This document shows, piece after piece, positions 1-9,005 of a DNA stretch of 41,691 nucleotides. Within the stretch, counting starts at the first letter, position 1. The number at the start of each line of letters is the position of its first letter. The notes beneath the pieces were generated by a model. The model searched no databases, had not been told where the DNA came from, and worked only from the letters and a program-made list of their open reading frames with translations. The stretch spans positions 1-41,691 of the forward strand of contig VGOX01000001.1 of assembly GCA_016875755.1 (NCBI GenBank), in the 5' to 3' direction. A program made the position numbers and the translations under genes. Origin of the DNA: Chloroflexota bacterium. GTDB lineage: Bacteria; Chloroflexota; Anaerolineae; Anaerolineales; Villigracilaceae.

Positions 1-128
1 TGGCAGTTCACTGGCGGCGCTAATCAATGCGGGTTGTTGGTGTTTGGTGTTTTTTCTGAACATGCGTTGATTGTATTAAATTTTTTCGGTTTTGACGAGG
101 GTTGCTACCCTTTTTGCAGTGGAGTCAT
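1..128 (-). mobile_element. 5' end of an insertion sequence: terminal inverted repeat (about 110-128) plus the start of a probable DDE transposase (ATG at 63, runs off the window)
   Basis: The minus-strand ORF from 63 reads MFRKNTKHQQPALISAASELP..., which from memory resembles IS5/IS1182-like transposase N-termini. The reverse complement of 110-128 (ATGACTCCACTGCAAAAAG) matches 41564-41582 (ATGAGTCCTCTGCAAGAAG) at 16/19 positions. Confidence 0.7.
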
Positions 129-216
129 TGATCGTCCCCCCGAGGAAAACCAAAATCAACCCCGCCAGTGCGGTCCCTCCCGAAAACAGCAGATTTATCA
201 GAGTATTTGTATCCAC
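127..216 (-). pseudogene. Possible N-terminus of a membrane protein interrupted by the IS
   Basis: GGGAGGG precedes a GTG at 216. The frame reads MDTNTLINLLFSGGTALAGLILVFLGGTIN (hydrophobic) and runs directly into the IS inverted repeat. Confidence 0.35.
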
Positions 217-285
217 ATTCCCTCCCGAAGCAGCGGACAAATGACCTCAATTTCAGTATAGCACTGCTGTCAAGCGGCGGCGCGC

Positions 286-317
286 AAAAAAAATCAGGCG
301 GAGTTATATCCGCCTGA
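286..317 (-). terminator. Intrinsic terminator after the ABC-F gene
   Basis: TCAGGCGGA/TCCGCCTGA stem followed on the minus strand by T8. Confidence 0.8.
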
Positions 318-323
318 CCAGTA

Positions 324-2330
324 TCACCCTTGCAATGTTTCCCACTCCGCAAGTTTCACATCCATTTCCCGTTGAGTGGATTCGTAGTCTCTGCTGAGTT
401 TTACCACTTCCCCGGCATCTGCAGGCGGATGTTCCAACTGTTTGCCAATTTCCGCCAGTTGTTTCTCCAACTCGGCAATCTTGTTTTCCAATTCCTGAAG
501 CTTTGCAATCCTTTTTCGATCTTCTTTCGTACTCGGACCCTTTGCCTTCCTAACTTCATTACTCGCCCCTCGTTCCTCGTTACTTGGTTTCTGCGCCGCC
601 ATGAAGGCTTCATATTCCTTCTGCTCGCGCTCTGCTCGTAATTCAGAATATGTCCCTTTGAACGTGAGTAATTCTCCATCATTGGGGTTCACTTCCCAAA
701 TTTGGGTTGCCAGCGCATCCACCAAATAACGATCATGCGAAATGAGCAGGATGGTTCCCGTGTAATCTTCCAACACGGATTCCAACACTTCCTGTGAAGG
801 GATATCGAGATGGTTGGTCGGTTCATCCAATAACAGCAGGTTTGTATCTTGCAGTGCGAGTTTTGCCAACGCCAGACGTCCGCGCTCGCCGCCGGAGAGC
901 ATACCGACTTTTTTATAAACGTCATCACCGCTGAATAAATATTTACCCAAGTAATCGCGGATCTGTCCCGGTAGCCAGTTCGGCATGACCAAATCAATTT
1001 CCTGTAAGAGCGTATTTTCGGGTTGCAGACCTTCATGCGCCTGCGCAAAATAGCCGATGTGCAAACTTGCACCAAGGATGACTTCACCTGACAACGGGTC
1101 AAGCTGACCTAAAACTGTCTTCAAGAACGTGGATTTTCCCGCCCCGTTCGGGCCGATCAACGCGGCGCAATCCTGACGGCGCAATTCGATGTCGGGAGCA
1201 TTGAATAGGAATTTATCGGGGAAACCGACCTTCAAATCTTTGGTACGGATGACCATGTCACCCGAACGTTTTTCAGAACCAAGCCGCAGATGCAGGTTCG
1301 GCAGCATACGCACCGGCGACTTCAACGCGCGCACGCGGCGCTCCGCTTCTTCCACGCCGAAGTAGGAGGTCGTAACATTCACCTCTTCAGCGGTTTCACT
1401 CCATTTTTTATTTAATGCGGCTTCGAAACCGATCTGTTCCACGGCTTGTACAAGACGCGAAAGGCGTTTCAGTTTGCCTTTGGCTTGCAGCGTGTTTTGC
1501 CCTGAAATATTGCGCTTGATATATTCAACTTCTTTAAGCAGTTTTTCCTTTTCACTTTCAAACACTTCCTGCCGCCGCGCAATGCGTTCTTCGCGCTGTT
1601 TCAGATAGGCGCTGTAATTTCCCGTGTAGGTTTCGTATGCACCGGGCAGCATTTCCAAAATAATGGTGCTGACCTTATCCAGAAAATAGCGGTCGTGCGA
1701 AACGATGACAACCGCGCCTTCCCACTGATTCAGATAGCCTTCCAGCCATTCGACGGCGCGAATGTCGAGGTGATTGGTCGGCTCATCAAGCAGGAGCAGG
1801 TCTGGGTCCGAGAGCAGGAGGCGGGCGAGAAAGGCGCGGGTGCGCTGTCCGCCGGAGAGGTGATCCAGCGAGAGGGTGTAATCCTCTGCGCCAAACCCCA
1901 GACCTGTCAGCACTTGCTTGATGCGCGTCTCGTAAGTGTATCCGCCGCGGCGCTCGAAATCCTCTTGCAGCTTTCCGTATTGATCGATGACATCGGGATG
2001 GGTCGCCATCAATTCTTCGAGGCGGTGCAATTCATCCTGCTGCTTGATCAGGTTTTCGAAGACGGAATGACACGCGTCCCACAGCGTGCCCTCCATTTTG
2101 AAATCGGCTTCCTGCGACAAATATCCGCTTCGGACTCCTCGGGTGCGGGTGACGGCTCCCGTGGAAGCTTCGTCTTCGCCTGCGAGGATGCGCAGGAGCG
2201 TGGTCTTGCCCACGCCATTCGGACCGACGATGCCAAGGCGTGAGCCTTTTTCAACGGCAAAGGTCACGCCCGCAAAGATGTCGGTCGCGCCATAGGATTT
2301 GGTGAGGTTGGAAACAGAGATGAGAGACAT
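324..2330 (-). CDS. ABC-F family ATPase (ribosome-associated, Uup/YheS-like)
   Basis: Two ABC domains (GPNGVGKT/LSGGQ/LLLLDEPTNHLD and GPNGAGKS/LSGGE/LLLLDEPTNHLD), no TM segments, C-terminal coiled coil. Confidence 0.93.
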   Translation of the reverse strand: MSLISVSNLTKSYGATDIFAGVTFAVEKGSRLGIVGPNGVGKTTLLRILAGEDEASTGAVTRTRGVRSGYLSQEADFKMEGTLWDACHSVFENLIKQQDELHRLEELMATHPDVIDQYGKLQEDFERRGGYTYETRIKQVLTGLGFGAEDYTLSLDHLSGGQRTRAFLARLLLSDPDLLLLDEPTNHLDIRAVEWLEGYLNQWEGAVVIVSHDRYFLDKVSTIILEMLPGAYETYTGNYSAYLKQREERIARRQEVFESEKEKLLKEVEYIKRNISGQNTLQAKGKLKRLSRLVQAVEQIGFEAALNKKWSETAEEVNVTTSYFGVEEAERRVRALKSPVRMLPNLHLRLGSEKRSGDMVIRTKDLKVGFPDKFLFNAPDIELRRQDCAALIGPNGAGKSTFLKTVLGQLDPLSGEVILGASLHIGYFAQAHEGLQPENTLLQEIDLVMPNWLPGQIRDYLGKYLFSGDDVYKKVGMLSGGERGRLALAKLALQDTNLLLLDEPTNHLDIPSQEVLESVLEDYTGTILLISHDRYLVDALATQIWEVNPNDGELLTFKGTYSELRAEREQKEYEAFMAAQKPSNEERGASNEVRKAKGPSTKEDRKRIAKLQELENKIAELEKQLAEIGKQLEHPPADAGEVVKLSRDYESTQREMDVKLAEWETLQG

Positions 2331-2355
2331 GATGAATTCAGTGAATAGTGAATGG

Positions 2356-2389
2356 AAAAAAATCGCGGATGGATTTTAACCCATCCGCG
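2356..2389 (-). terminator. Intrinsic terminator after proC
   Basis: CGCGGATGG/CCATCCGCG stem plus T7 on the minus strand. Confidence 0.75.
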
Positions 2390-2416
2390 CCAATTCTCGA
2401 TTCCCAGTTCACAACT

Positions 2417-3259
2417 CTACTTCTCTTCCTCTACATCCACATGGCCGGGCTTCTCCTTGCCCAACTCTAATGAGCGTTGATACGCCGCCCAAACGGCGCG
2501 TGAAATGGCTGTGCGGAAGCCTGCCTTCTCCAAATAATACAACGCCTCCGCAGACGTCCCGCCCGGGGAGGTGACTTGATTCCGCAGCGTGGCAGGGTGA
2601 CGCGCCGCGCCTTCGTAAAATGATGCGGAGCCTTTGATGGTCTGCAAGACAAGTTGCTCGGCAATGCGGCGCGGAAACCCCATGTGGACGCCAGCGTCGA
2701 TCAACGCTTCGGTGAAGAGGAAGACATACGCAGGACCAGAACCTGACAAGGCCGTTGCCATATCGAGATAACTTTCGTCTTCTACGAAAACTTCCTCGCC
2801 CAATGCGCCGAGGATGGCGCGGGTCATTTCCTGCTGTTCGGCGGTCACTTCCTTCGATGCCGCCCAGACGGTGATGCCTTCGCCGATCTGGCCCGGTGTA
2901 TTCGGCATCGAGCGGACGATGGCTTTGTGTTTCAGTCCCGTGCTCATTTTTTTGATGGTTGCACCCGCAATGATGGACAAGACCAGCGCATCCGAGCGGA
3001 TGCCTTTCAATCCCTTCATCACCTCGGTCAAGCGTTGTGGCTTGACCGAGAGCACTACCACGTCCGCTTCGTGGATGGCGGCGGCGTTATCGGTGGTGAC
3101 TTTGATGCCGTATTTCGTTTTCAACTCCGCGCCCCGCTCCTCGCGCGGACCGGAGGCGGTGATGTTCTTTGCATCCGCGAGTTTTTTGCGCAACAAGCCT
3201 GCGATCATGGCTTCTGCCATCACGCCGGGTCCGATGAATGCGATTTTCTTCTTAAGCAT
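2417..3259 (-). CDS. proC: Pyrroline-5-carboxylate reductase
   Basis: Motifs IAFIGPGVMA, SVKPQ, RSMPNTP, TALSGSGPAY and VTSPGGTS. Start set at ATG 3259, preceded by GGAG. Confidence 0.95.
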   Translation of the reverse strand: MLKKKIAFIGPGVMAEAMIAGLLRKKLADAKNITASGPREERGAELKTKYGIKVTTDNAAAIHEADVVVLSVKPQRLTEVMKGLKGIRSDALVLSIIAGATIKKMSTGLKHKAIVRSMPNTPGQIGEGITVWAASKEVTAEQQEMTRAILGALGEEVFVEDESYLDMATALSGSGPAYVFLFTEALIDAGVHMGFPRRIAEQLVLQTIKGSASFYEGAARHPATLRNQVTSPGGTSAEALYYLEKAGFRTAISRAVWAAYQRSLELGKEKPGHVDVEEEK

Positions 3260-3755
3260 GGTTTTCTCCAAAAGGGCAGGGTAATGCCTTCCAATTTTCC
3301 GCCAACTCCAATGCTTCGCGGGCGGCGGCGTACATTTTCTCTTGAAATTCCTGCGAGTAATTGTATTTTAGGACCGCTTCGGCGAATTCATCTTCGTCCA
3401 CCAAATGCGCTGCGCCGGGTGGCACCTTGGAAACATCCAACTCGTGGTCTTTGAAACTCATAATGCCCTTCTCGAAGGTGGGAGGTGAAGCGATGTTGAG
3501 GTAGATGTGATACAGCCTTCCGTCTGTATGGAAGACTTCGAGCAGGTTATAAAATTTATCGAACCAGTAATAAGCCCGGTAATGATGCACGAGCGGATAA
3601 TCTTCGCCTTTGATGTTGAACACCGACTCACCAGCAGGTGAAATTGTAACGATCGAGTCTGCTGTGACAGACTCGATCGTGGAAGTCCAACTTCGATATA
3701 CCGTCCCATCTGTTTTGCAGGCGCGGACTGGGAGACGGTCTCCTACTTTCATCAT
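3252..3755 (-). CDS. DUF402 family protein (Ntdp/FomD-like)
   Basis: Motifs K-x-DG..YRSW, YLNIA, DHELDV and LVDEDEF. Overlaps both neighbours. Confidence 0.8.
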   Translation of the reverse strand: MMKVGDRLPVRACKTDGTVYRSWTSTIESVTADSIVTISPAGESVFNIKGEDYPLVHHYRAYYWFDKFYNLLEVFHTDGRLYHIYLNIASPPTFEKGIMSFKDHELDVSKVPPGAAHLVDEDEFAEAVLKYNYSQEFQEKMYAAAREALELAENWKALPCPFGENHA

Positions 3756-4327
3756 TGGAAATGCTGCAACGCCACACGCAGGCGTTCTTCCACATCCTTG
3801 GGCGCATCTTTGGGGATCGCTTGAATGGCGGCTTGTGCTTCGACAACAGAGTATCCCAACGAAGTGAGCGCGGCGAGCACTTCGCTGTCATAGTCGGCAA
3901 ATGCAGCGACTTTGGCAAGCGCATCCGTTGGCTTGAGTTTGTCTTTCAAATGGATCGCCATTTTTTGCGCGGTCTTCTTGCCTACGCCAGGAACTTTGCT
4001 CAGCAGGTCAGCTTCATCGGAGAAAATCGCCCGCTGGATGGTATCAAGTGTCAGTGTTGAAAGAACCGAAAGCGCCACTTTGGGGCCAACCCCATCCACG
4101 CCGAGCAGGATGTTGAAGAGGTCACGATCCGCCTGGGATTCGAATCCATACAGCGTTAACGCATCTTCCCTAACAACAAGATGGGTGAACAAAAAAAGTA
4201 TTTCCCCCGCTGTGGCATTGGTGCGCACAGGCGCAGGGACGAAGACGCGCAACCCCACACCGCCGACTTCGACGATGAGGGCGTTCTCTTCGATTTGGGA
4301 AACTTCTCCGCGCAGGGTGGCTATCAT
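3752..4327 (-). CDS. ruvA: Holliday junction branch migration protein RuvA
   Basis: Motifs MIATLRG, VGGVG, VREDALTLYGF, GVGPKVAL, VPGVGKKTA and ALTSLGYS. Confidence 0.96.
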   Translation of the reverse strand: MIATLRGEVSQIEENALIVEVGGVGLRVFVPAPVRTNATAGEILFLFTHLVVREDALTLYGFESQADRDLFNILLGVDGVGPKVALSVLSTLTLDTIQRAIFSDEADLLSKVPGVGKKTAQKMAIHLKDKLKPTDALAKVAAFADYDSEVLAALTSLGYSVVEAQAAIQAIPKDAPKDVEERLRVALQHFQ

Positions 4328-4419
4328 GGAGTTATTTAACCATAAATATGAAGTCTTGCGTACCCGCTTTAATCCAATCGTGTGTCAATCGTTATACAAT
4401 GAATCTATAAGGAGTAACG

Positions 4420-5451
4420 ATGGACACGACCTCAAATTTCGAAGGGAAAGCCTCATGGAAGAAAATCGTCGCAGCCTATTCCAAACCTGACCTGCGCAAA
4501 AGCATCTGGCAAACTGTCAATTCCCTGATTCCCTATTTTGCATTGTTCTATATCTCGATGCGGAGCGTGGATATTTCGCTCTGGCTGACAATTCCGCTTG
4601 CGCTTCTTACATCGGGATTCATGGTGCGCACCTTCATCATTTTTCACGACTGCGGGCATGGTTCGTTCTTTGCATCGAAGAAGGCAAACGATTGGCTGGG
4701 CATTATCACGGGCATTCTGACCTTCACCCCATATCACCGCTGGAAACACGAACATGCCATCCACCACGCCACATGCGGTGACCTCGACCGCCGCGGCACA
4801 GGCGATGTGTACACGATGACCTTGCAGGAATATCTCGATGCGCCGTGGTGGAAGCGATTCGGATACCGCGTGATGCGCAACCCGTTCGCGTTGTTTTTGA
4901 TCGGGCCATTGCTCATGTTCGTAGTGGCGGAACGAATCCCCCCGTCGAAAGGGAGGCGCGAGATCGCCAGTGTCTGGTGGACGAATCTCGCACTCGCGGT
5001 GTTGATTCCCATCATGGGCTTTGCGTTCGGCTGGAAGAATTATCTGATCGTGCAATTGCTGGTGCTGTTCTTTGGCACGGGCGCGGGGGTGTGGCTGTTT
5101 TACATCCAGCATAATTTCGAGGGCGTGTATTGGGCACGCCATGAGCAATGGGATTATTTCAAAGCCAGCCTGCAGGGAAGTTCGTTCTATAAACTGCCCG
5201 CCGTGCTGCAATGGTTTAGCGGGAATATCGGCTTCCATCACATCCATCATCTTGGGTCGAAGATCCCCAACTACAAACTACCGCAGGCATATAACGAGAA
5301 TCCCATTTTTCACGTCAAACCGCTGACCTTGCTGGAAAGTCTGAAATGCCTGAAATGGCGCGTGTACGACGAAGCGCATCACACGTTGACGGATTGGGGT
5401 GTATTGAAGCAAGTGACGGCAACTTCAACAGGAAATGGAAATGTAAGATAG
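4420..5451 (+). CDS. des: Membrane fatty acid (acyl-lipid) desaturase, Bacillus Des-like
   Basis: Three His boxes (HDCGH, HEHAIHH, HHIHH), TM helices, SD AAGGAG. Confidence 0.9.
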   Translation: MDTTSNFEGKASWKKIVAAYSKPDLRKSIWQTVNSLIPYFALFYISMRSVDISLWLTIPLALLTSGFMVRTFIIFHDCGHGSFFASKKANDWLGIITGILTFTPYHRWKHEHAIHHATCGDLDRRGTGDVYTMTLQEYLDAPWWKRFGYRVMRNPFALFLIGPLLMFVVAERIPPSKGRREIASVWWTNLALAVLIPIMGFAFGWKNYLIVQLLVLFFGTGAGVWLFYIQHNFEGVYWARHEQWDYFKASLQGSSFYKLPAVLQWFSGNIGFHHIHHLGSKIPNYKLPQAYNENPIFHVKPLTLLESLKCLKWRVYDEAHHTLTDWGVLKQVTATSTGNGNVR

Positions 5452-5495
5452 AATGAAATCAGCCTACTCTGTCTTTGCCGGCAGTTTAAGTCAGC

Positions 5496-5536
5496 CCCCT
5501 GTTTTTGCCTCGCCGCTGGACAGGGGTCGTTTTTTT
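5496..5536 (+). terminator. Possible terminator after the desaturase
   Basis: CCCCTGT/ACAGGGG stem with a large loop, then T7. Confidence 0.45.
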
Positions 5537-5559
5537 AATACCCAGTATTCAAGCGAGTT

Positions 5560-5961
5560 CTAGCGGCGAAGTGAGGTATCCATTACCGTGCCATCTGGGT
5601 GAACGCACCCGCACCAGTAGATGCCTTCCAGGTGGTTTATTATCATGACCCGCTGATCTTTGTTGCTGTTTCCCGCCATTTGGACGATCATCAGCCAATC
5701 GCCGCTGCGAAAGCGATAATCCCCTTCCGCTCGTGTCTTGTCATCCAAGTGCCACTCTGTGCTGGACGGGATGGCCGCAAGGCGGGCGGAGGAGATCACA
5801 TAGTCCAACACTGTGTCACGCGCCGACCCAACCATCACAGGGACTGAGGCGTCTAATCCGCCAGTGATGGGGATGGATGCTTCACTTTCAGACAGGCAGC
5901 CTGTGATCAGAAATATCACAGCTATGCAAATGAATGTCAGGAACATAGGTCTGTGGTTCAT
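5560..5961 (-). CDS. Hypothetical lipoprotein
   Basis: Hydrophobic signal peptide with an ITGC lipobox; AAGGAAG upstream. Confidence 0.65.
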   Translation of the reverse strand: MNHRPMFLTFICIAVIFLITGCLSESEASIPITGGLDASVPVMVGSARDTVLDYVISSARLAAIPSSTEWHLDDKTRAEGDYRFRSGDWLMIVQMAGNSNKDQRVMIINHLEGIYWCGCVHPDGTVMDTSLRR

Positions 5962-6072
5962 CTTTCACTTCCTTTCGAACGAACCGTTCCTATTTTCATC
6001 TTAGCACGCTGGTGAGAAAAATGCACCTGCTGTTCCACGGCCGTTGCTTACGATGGTGAGAGTAAGAGAATC

Positions 6073-6100
6073 AAAAAGAGCGCCCTATACGGGCGCTCTT
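6073..6100 (-). terminator. Intrinsic terminator
   Basis: AAGAGCGCCC/GGGCGCTCTT perfect stem with a T-run, just after the stop at 6114. Confidence 0.8.
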
Positions 6101-6113
6101 CCACTTTCTGTCA

Positions 6114-7169
6114 TCACCTCTCAACACTCACCACGCCGCCCAGAACATTCAAGTTCAACGTCCATACACTGCCGACCTGAAACTGCTGAAATTCGCTGAT
6201 CGATGTTGCTGAATACGTTTCCTGCCCGTCGGGCGTACTGAAATAAACGGTCAATTTCTCTGATGTTGCTCCGATGCGTTGGTCGCCAATGATCGATGGA
6301 TTTGCATATTCGGGATATAGATCGTTGCCGCTCAGGTCATACGTTTGAATGGTCGTCCATTCATCACGCGTGTAACTGCAATATTCCTGCGTCTCAGTGC
6401 GGCATTCTTGCACGACCTCGCCATAGCCAGTGCCGGTATCCTCCACCCTTTCTGTGCAAACCTCTTCGCTTTCTGTATAGCAAGAGACGTTATACGCATC
6501 CGAAGGCGCGCTTCCGCGTTCATTTGAATAATCGACCGCCTGAACCTCCTGCACCGGCACAGAAGTCTGCCACTGCACATCGGTCACCGTCCCCTGCACC
6601 GATGAGGATGGGATCAAGAACATTGCAACAATCGCTACGCAACAAAACAAAAGGAATGCGCCGATGCCGCCGAATAAAAGCCAGTTTGTTTTTTTCTTCT
6701 GAGGAGCAGACTTTTGCGCTGCAGCTGCCTGCGCTTGTACAGGTTTCTGCGCTTCTGTCTTTGGCAAAGGCGAACCGCATTGCGTACAGGTGCGCGCCGT
6801 GCCGGGGTTTTCAAATCCGCAGTTGGCGCAGTTGATGATCTTCGGCGCAGCCGGAGCCGCCTGCAATACTTGTCCCGCCTGACGTGCCATGCCTTCCTTT
6901 AAGTCACCGCCGCATTGTGAACAGGTCACTGCACTGGCAGGGTTGCGCGTCCCGCAGAATCCACAGTGGATATCCGCGCCTGAGCGCACTGCTTCTGCCA
7001 CTTTTTCATCGGTGATGAGTTGTTCTTCTGATGCGCGCTGGAATTGCACATTCTCAGGTTGCGGCGCACCGCAGCTCTGACAGGTCTTTTCAGGTCCGGG
7101 GTTGCGCCCGTCACAGTTCGGGCAAACCCACTCCAACTTAACAAAGCCTTTGGTTACTTTGCGGGCCAT
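6114..7169 (-). CDS. Membrane-anchored protein with three zinc-ribbon (RanBP2-like) motifs
   Basis: CPNC..CQSC, CGFC..CSQC and CANC..CTQC, one TM helix, then an acidic Cys-containing C-terminal domain. SD AGGAG. Confidence 0.85.
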   Translation of the reverse strand: MARKVTKGFVKLEWVCPNCDGRNPGPEKTCQSCGAPQPENVQFQRASEEQLITDEKVAEAVRSGADIHCGFCGTRNPASAVTCSQCGGDLKEGMARQAGQVLQAAPAAPKIINCANCGFENPGTARTCTQCGSPLPKTEAQKPVQAQAAAAQKSAPQKKKTNWLLFGGIGAFLLFCCVAIVAMFLIPSSSVQGTVTDVQWQTSVPVQEVQAVDYSNERGSAPSDAYNVSCYTESEEVCTERVEDTGTGYGEVVQECRTETQEYCSYTRDEWTTIQTYDLSGNDLYPEYANPSIIGDQRIGATSEKLTVYFSTPDGQETYSATSISEFQQFQVGSVWTLNLNVLGGVVSVER

Positions 7170-7188
7170 CTCTCACTCCTTATTATCA

Positions 7189-7221
7189 AGATGACAGCCA
7201 CCTCCAAAGTGACTGTCATCT
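7189..7221. repeat. Palindromic intergenic element (GACAG..GTGACTGTC family), copy 1
   Basis: AGATGACAG-CCACCTCCAAAGTGA-CTGTCATCT; related to 28598-28630. Confidence 0.6.
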
Positions 7222-7242
7222 ATATTTTATCTCAAAAATATT

Positions 7243-8253
7243 TTACCCCGCGATACCATTCCATTTCAGAATTTCATGAATACGCGACTCGTGATCTGGA
7301 TCAGCATACGGCGACGGATCATGCGCCTCATTCCCAAACTGGGAATTGGTCAATGCGCCGAAAACAGCCGCCGCCCCGTGAGCGACGTTGTGCGGGTCGT
7401 AACCGCCTTCCAAAATAAAAACGATTTTTCCATTGCAATGTTCTTCCGCCAGCCCCACCAGTTTTTTTGAAATCGTATAAAACCCCTTTGTCGAAAGCCC
7501 CAACGATGTGAGCGGATCATTCCAATGCGCGTCGAAGCCTGCCGAGACGAATATCAGTTGCGGGCGGAATTTTTCCACAACGGGTTTGAAGATCGCGTCG
7601 GCGATGCGCGCGAAGGTTTCGTCACCGGCGCGGCTGTGTAAGGGGACATTGACCAGCCGTCCCGTGGCATGCGGCGCGTCATCGATCCAGCCTGTGCCGG
7701 GGTAGATTCCCCATTGATGCGTCGAGATAAATCCTGCACGTTCATCGTGCATAAAAGCGACTTGCGTGCCGTTGCCATGATGCGCGTCGTAGTCAATGAC
7801 CATGACGCGCTCGAGGCCGTGAGCGAGGGCATCTTGTGCGGCGATGGCAATGTTGTTGAAGATGCAAAATCCCATGGCGCGGTGCGGCTCGGCGTGATGC
7901 CCCGGCGGACGGGCGATGGCAAATGCATTTTTCGCATTGCCGTTCAGCACGGCTCTGGTACAAGTGAGCGCACCGCCCGCCGCGAGCAGGGCATCTTCGA
8001 AAGAAGTTTCTGTGACGTAGGTGGGGGCGTGGTCGATGAGGCCTGTTCCCTGTTTGCAGACATCTTCAATTGCCCGAATCAATTTCGGCTGATGTACCCG
8101 CGCTACTTCATCTGTTGTTGCGCGAATCGGTTCGATGCGTTCGGCTCCAAATGAATCAAGGTTTGGCTCCAGCACATCCAACCGGCTAGGGCGTTCAGGG
8201 TGTTCGGGGAATTCGTGATGTGGGGATGGAACAAAGGTGTAGGCGGTTTTCAT
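7243..8253 (-). CDS. Histone deacetylase family (Zn-dependent amidohydrolase, class II-like)
   Basis: Motifs HPERPSR, RPPGHHA, GFCIFNN, DYDAHHGNGTQ, SAGFDAH and LEGGY. The start is more likely MKTAY at 8253 than the 8340 ORF start. Confidence 0.92.
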   Translation of the reverse strand: MKTAYTFVPSPHHEFPEHPERPSRLDVLEPNLDSFGAERIEPIRATTDEVARVHQPKLIRAIEDVCKQGTGLIDHAPTYVTETSFEDALLAAGGALTCTRAVLNGNAKNAFAIARPPGHHAEPHRAMGFCIFNNIAIAAQDALAHGLERVMVIDYDAHHGNGTQVAFMHDERAGFISTHQWGIYPGTGWIDDAPHATGRLVNVPLHSRAGDETFARIADAIFKPVVEKFRPQLIFVSAGFDAHWNDPLTSLGLSTKGFYTISKKLVGLAEEHCNGKIVFILEGGYDPHNVAHGAAAVFGALTNSQFGNEAHDPSPYADPDHESRIHEILKWNGIAG

Positions 8254-8439
8254 GCCTAAATTATATCCCCGTCTTAAAAGGTTCCCGCCGCCTGCCAGCT
8301 TGGGGGGGACATGCTGATCAAGGCGGCGGGATGACACCAAGATACCAGTAAAACGGAGGGCAGGTGTCGATAAGGATAATATACACCCAATTTGTCCGTA
8401 TTACATTAAATATGTATTAAGAATTTGGATGTGGTGCTC

Positions 8440-8910
8440 TTATTTCTTTTCCTGCCCGCCAAAAAGATTCAGCCACTCTTCCACCTCTTTAGCCGGTATG
8501 GGTTTCTCGTCTGCACTGGTTGGTGTGGAAGCAGATAACGCCGCCCTTATGAGTTTTACGAATTCTTCCGAAGAGATATGCTGCGCCTGATGGATTCTTG
8601 CCGAACTTTTTACTTCCCGGTCTGAGGAGACAACGGTCCAGTTCTTTGCGGCTTTCCCCATGGACGTTAGCCTTGCGCGGATGGCGGCATCAGCGGTTTG
8701 CCCGAGACGTATGAAATGCGCTCGGACAGTACCCAGCTTCCGCATCCCAGCCTGACCCGGCGGTGCACCGTCAAAGTACACCTCAATGGGTTGGCGTTTC
8801 ACCCGTGAAAAATCCTGCAAGATGCGTACCAACTCCATTTCATCATCGGGGTTATCCAGGCGCAAGCCGATCTTGGGAATCAAGTTGTGACCATCCATCA
8901 AATAAGGCAT
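8440..8910 (-). CDS. NYN-domain (YacP/Rae1-like) putative RNase
   Basis: PIN-like acidic motifs YLMDGHNL, VYFDG, TADAAI and VVSSDREV. Confidence 0.85.
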   Translation of the reverse strand: MPYLMDGHNLIPKIGLRLDNPDDEMELVRILQDFSRVKRQPIEVYFDGAPPGQAGMRKLGTVRAHFIRLGQTADAAIRARLTSMGKAAKNWTVVSSDREVKSSARIHQAQHISSEEFVKLIRAALSASTPTSADEKPIPAKEVEEWLNLFGGQEKK

Positions 8911-8946
8911 GGAATGATTGTACTTTTGCTTGGTAAATTTTGGAAT

Positions 8947-8981
8947 AAAAAAACCGCAGACATTTAATTACTGTCTGCGGT
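8947..8981 (-). terminator. Intrinsic terminator after the OsmC-family gene
   Basis: ACCGCAGACA/TGTCTGCGGT stem plus T-run. Confidence 0.8.
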
Positions 8982-9005
8982 CAATCGTCTGTGGTCTACC
9001 GTCCG

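Noticed and set aside
174-236. Direct repeat TCCCTCCCGAA(A/G)..CAGC
   Set aside because: There are only two short copies, and one coincides with a putative SD; it could be chance.
7243-8910. NYN nuclease plus deacetylase as a toxin-antitoxin or defence module
   Set aside because: Both are common housekeeping-type families, each appears to have its own promoter, and there is no antitoxin-like partner or defence-island context.
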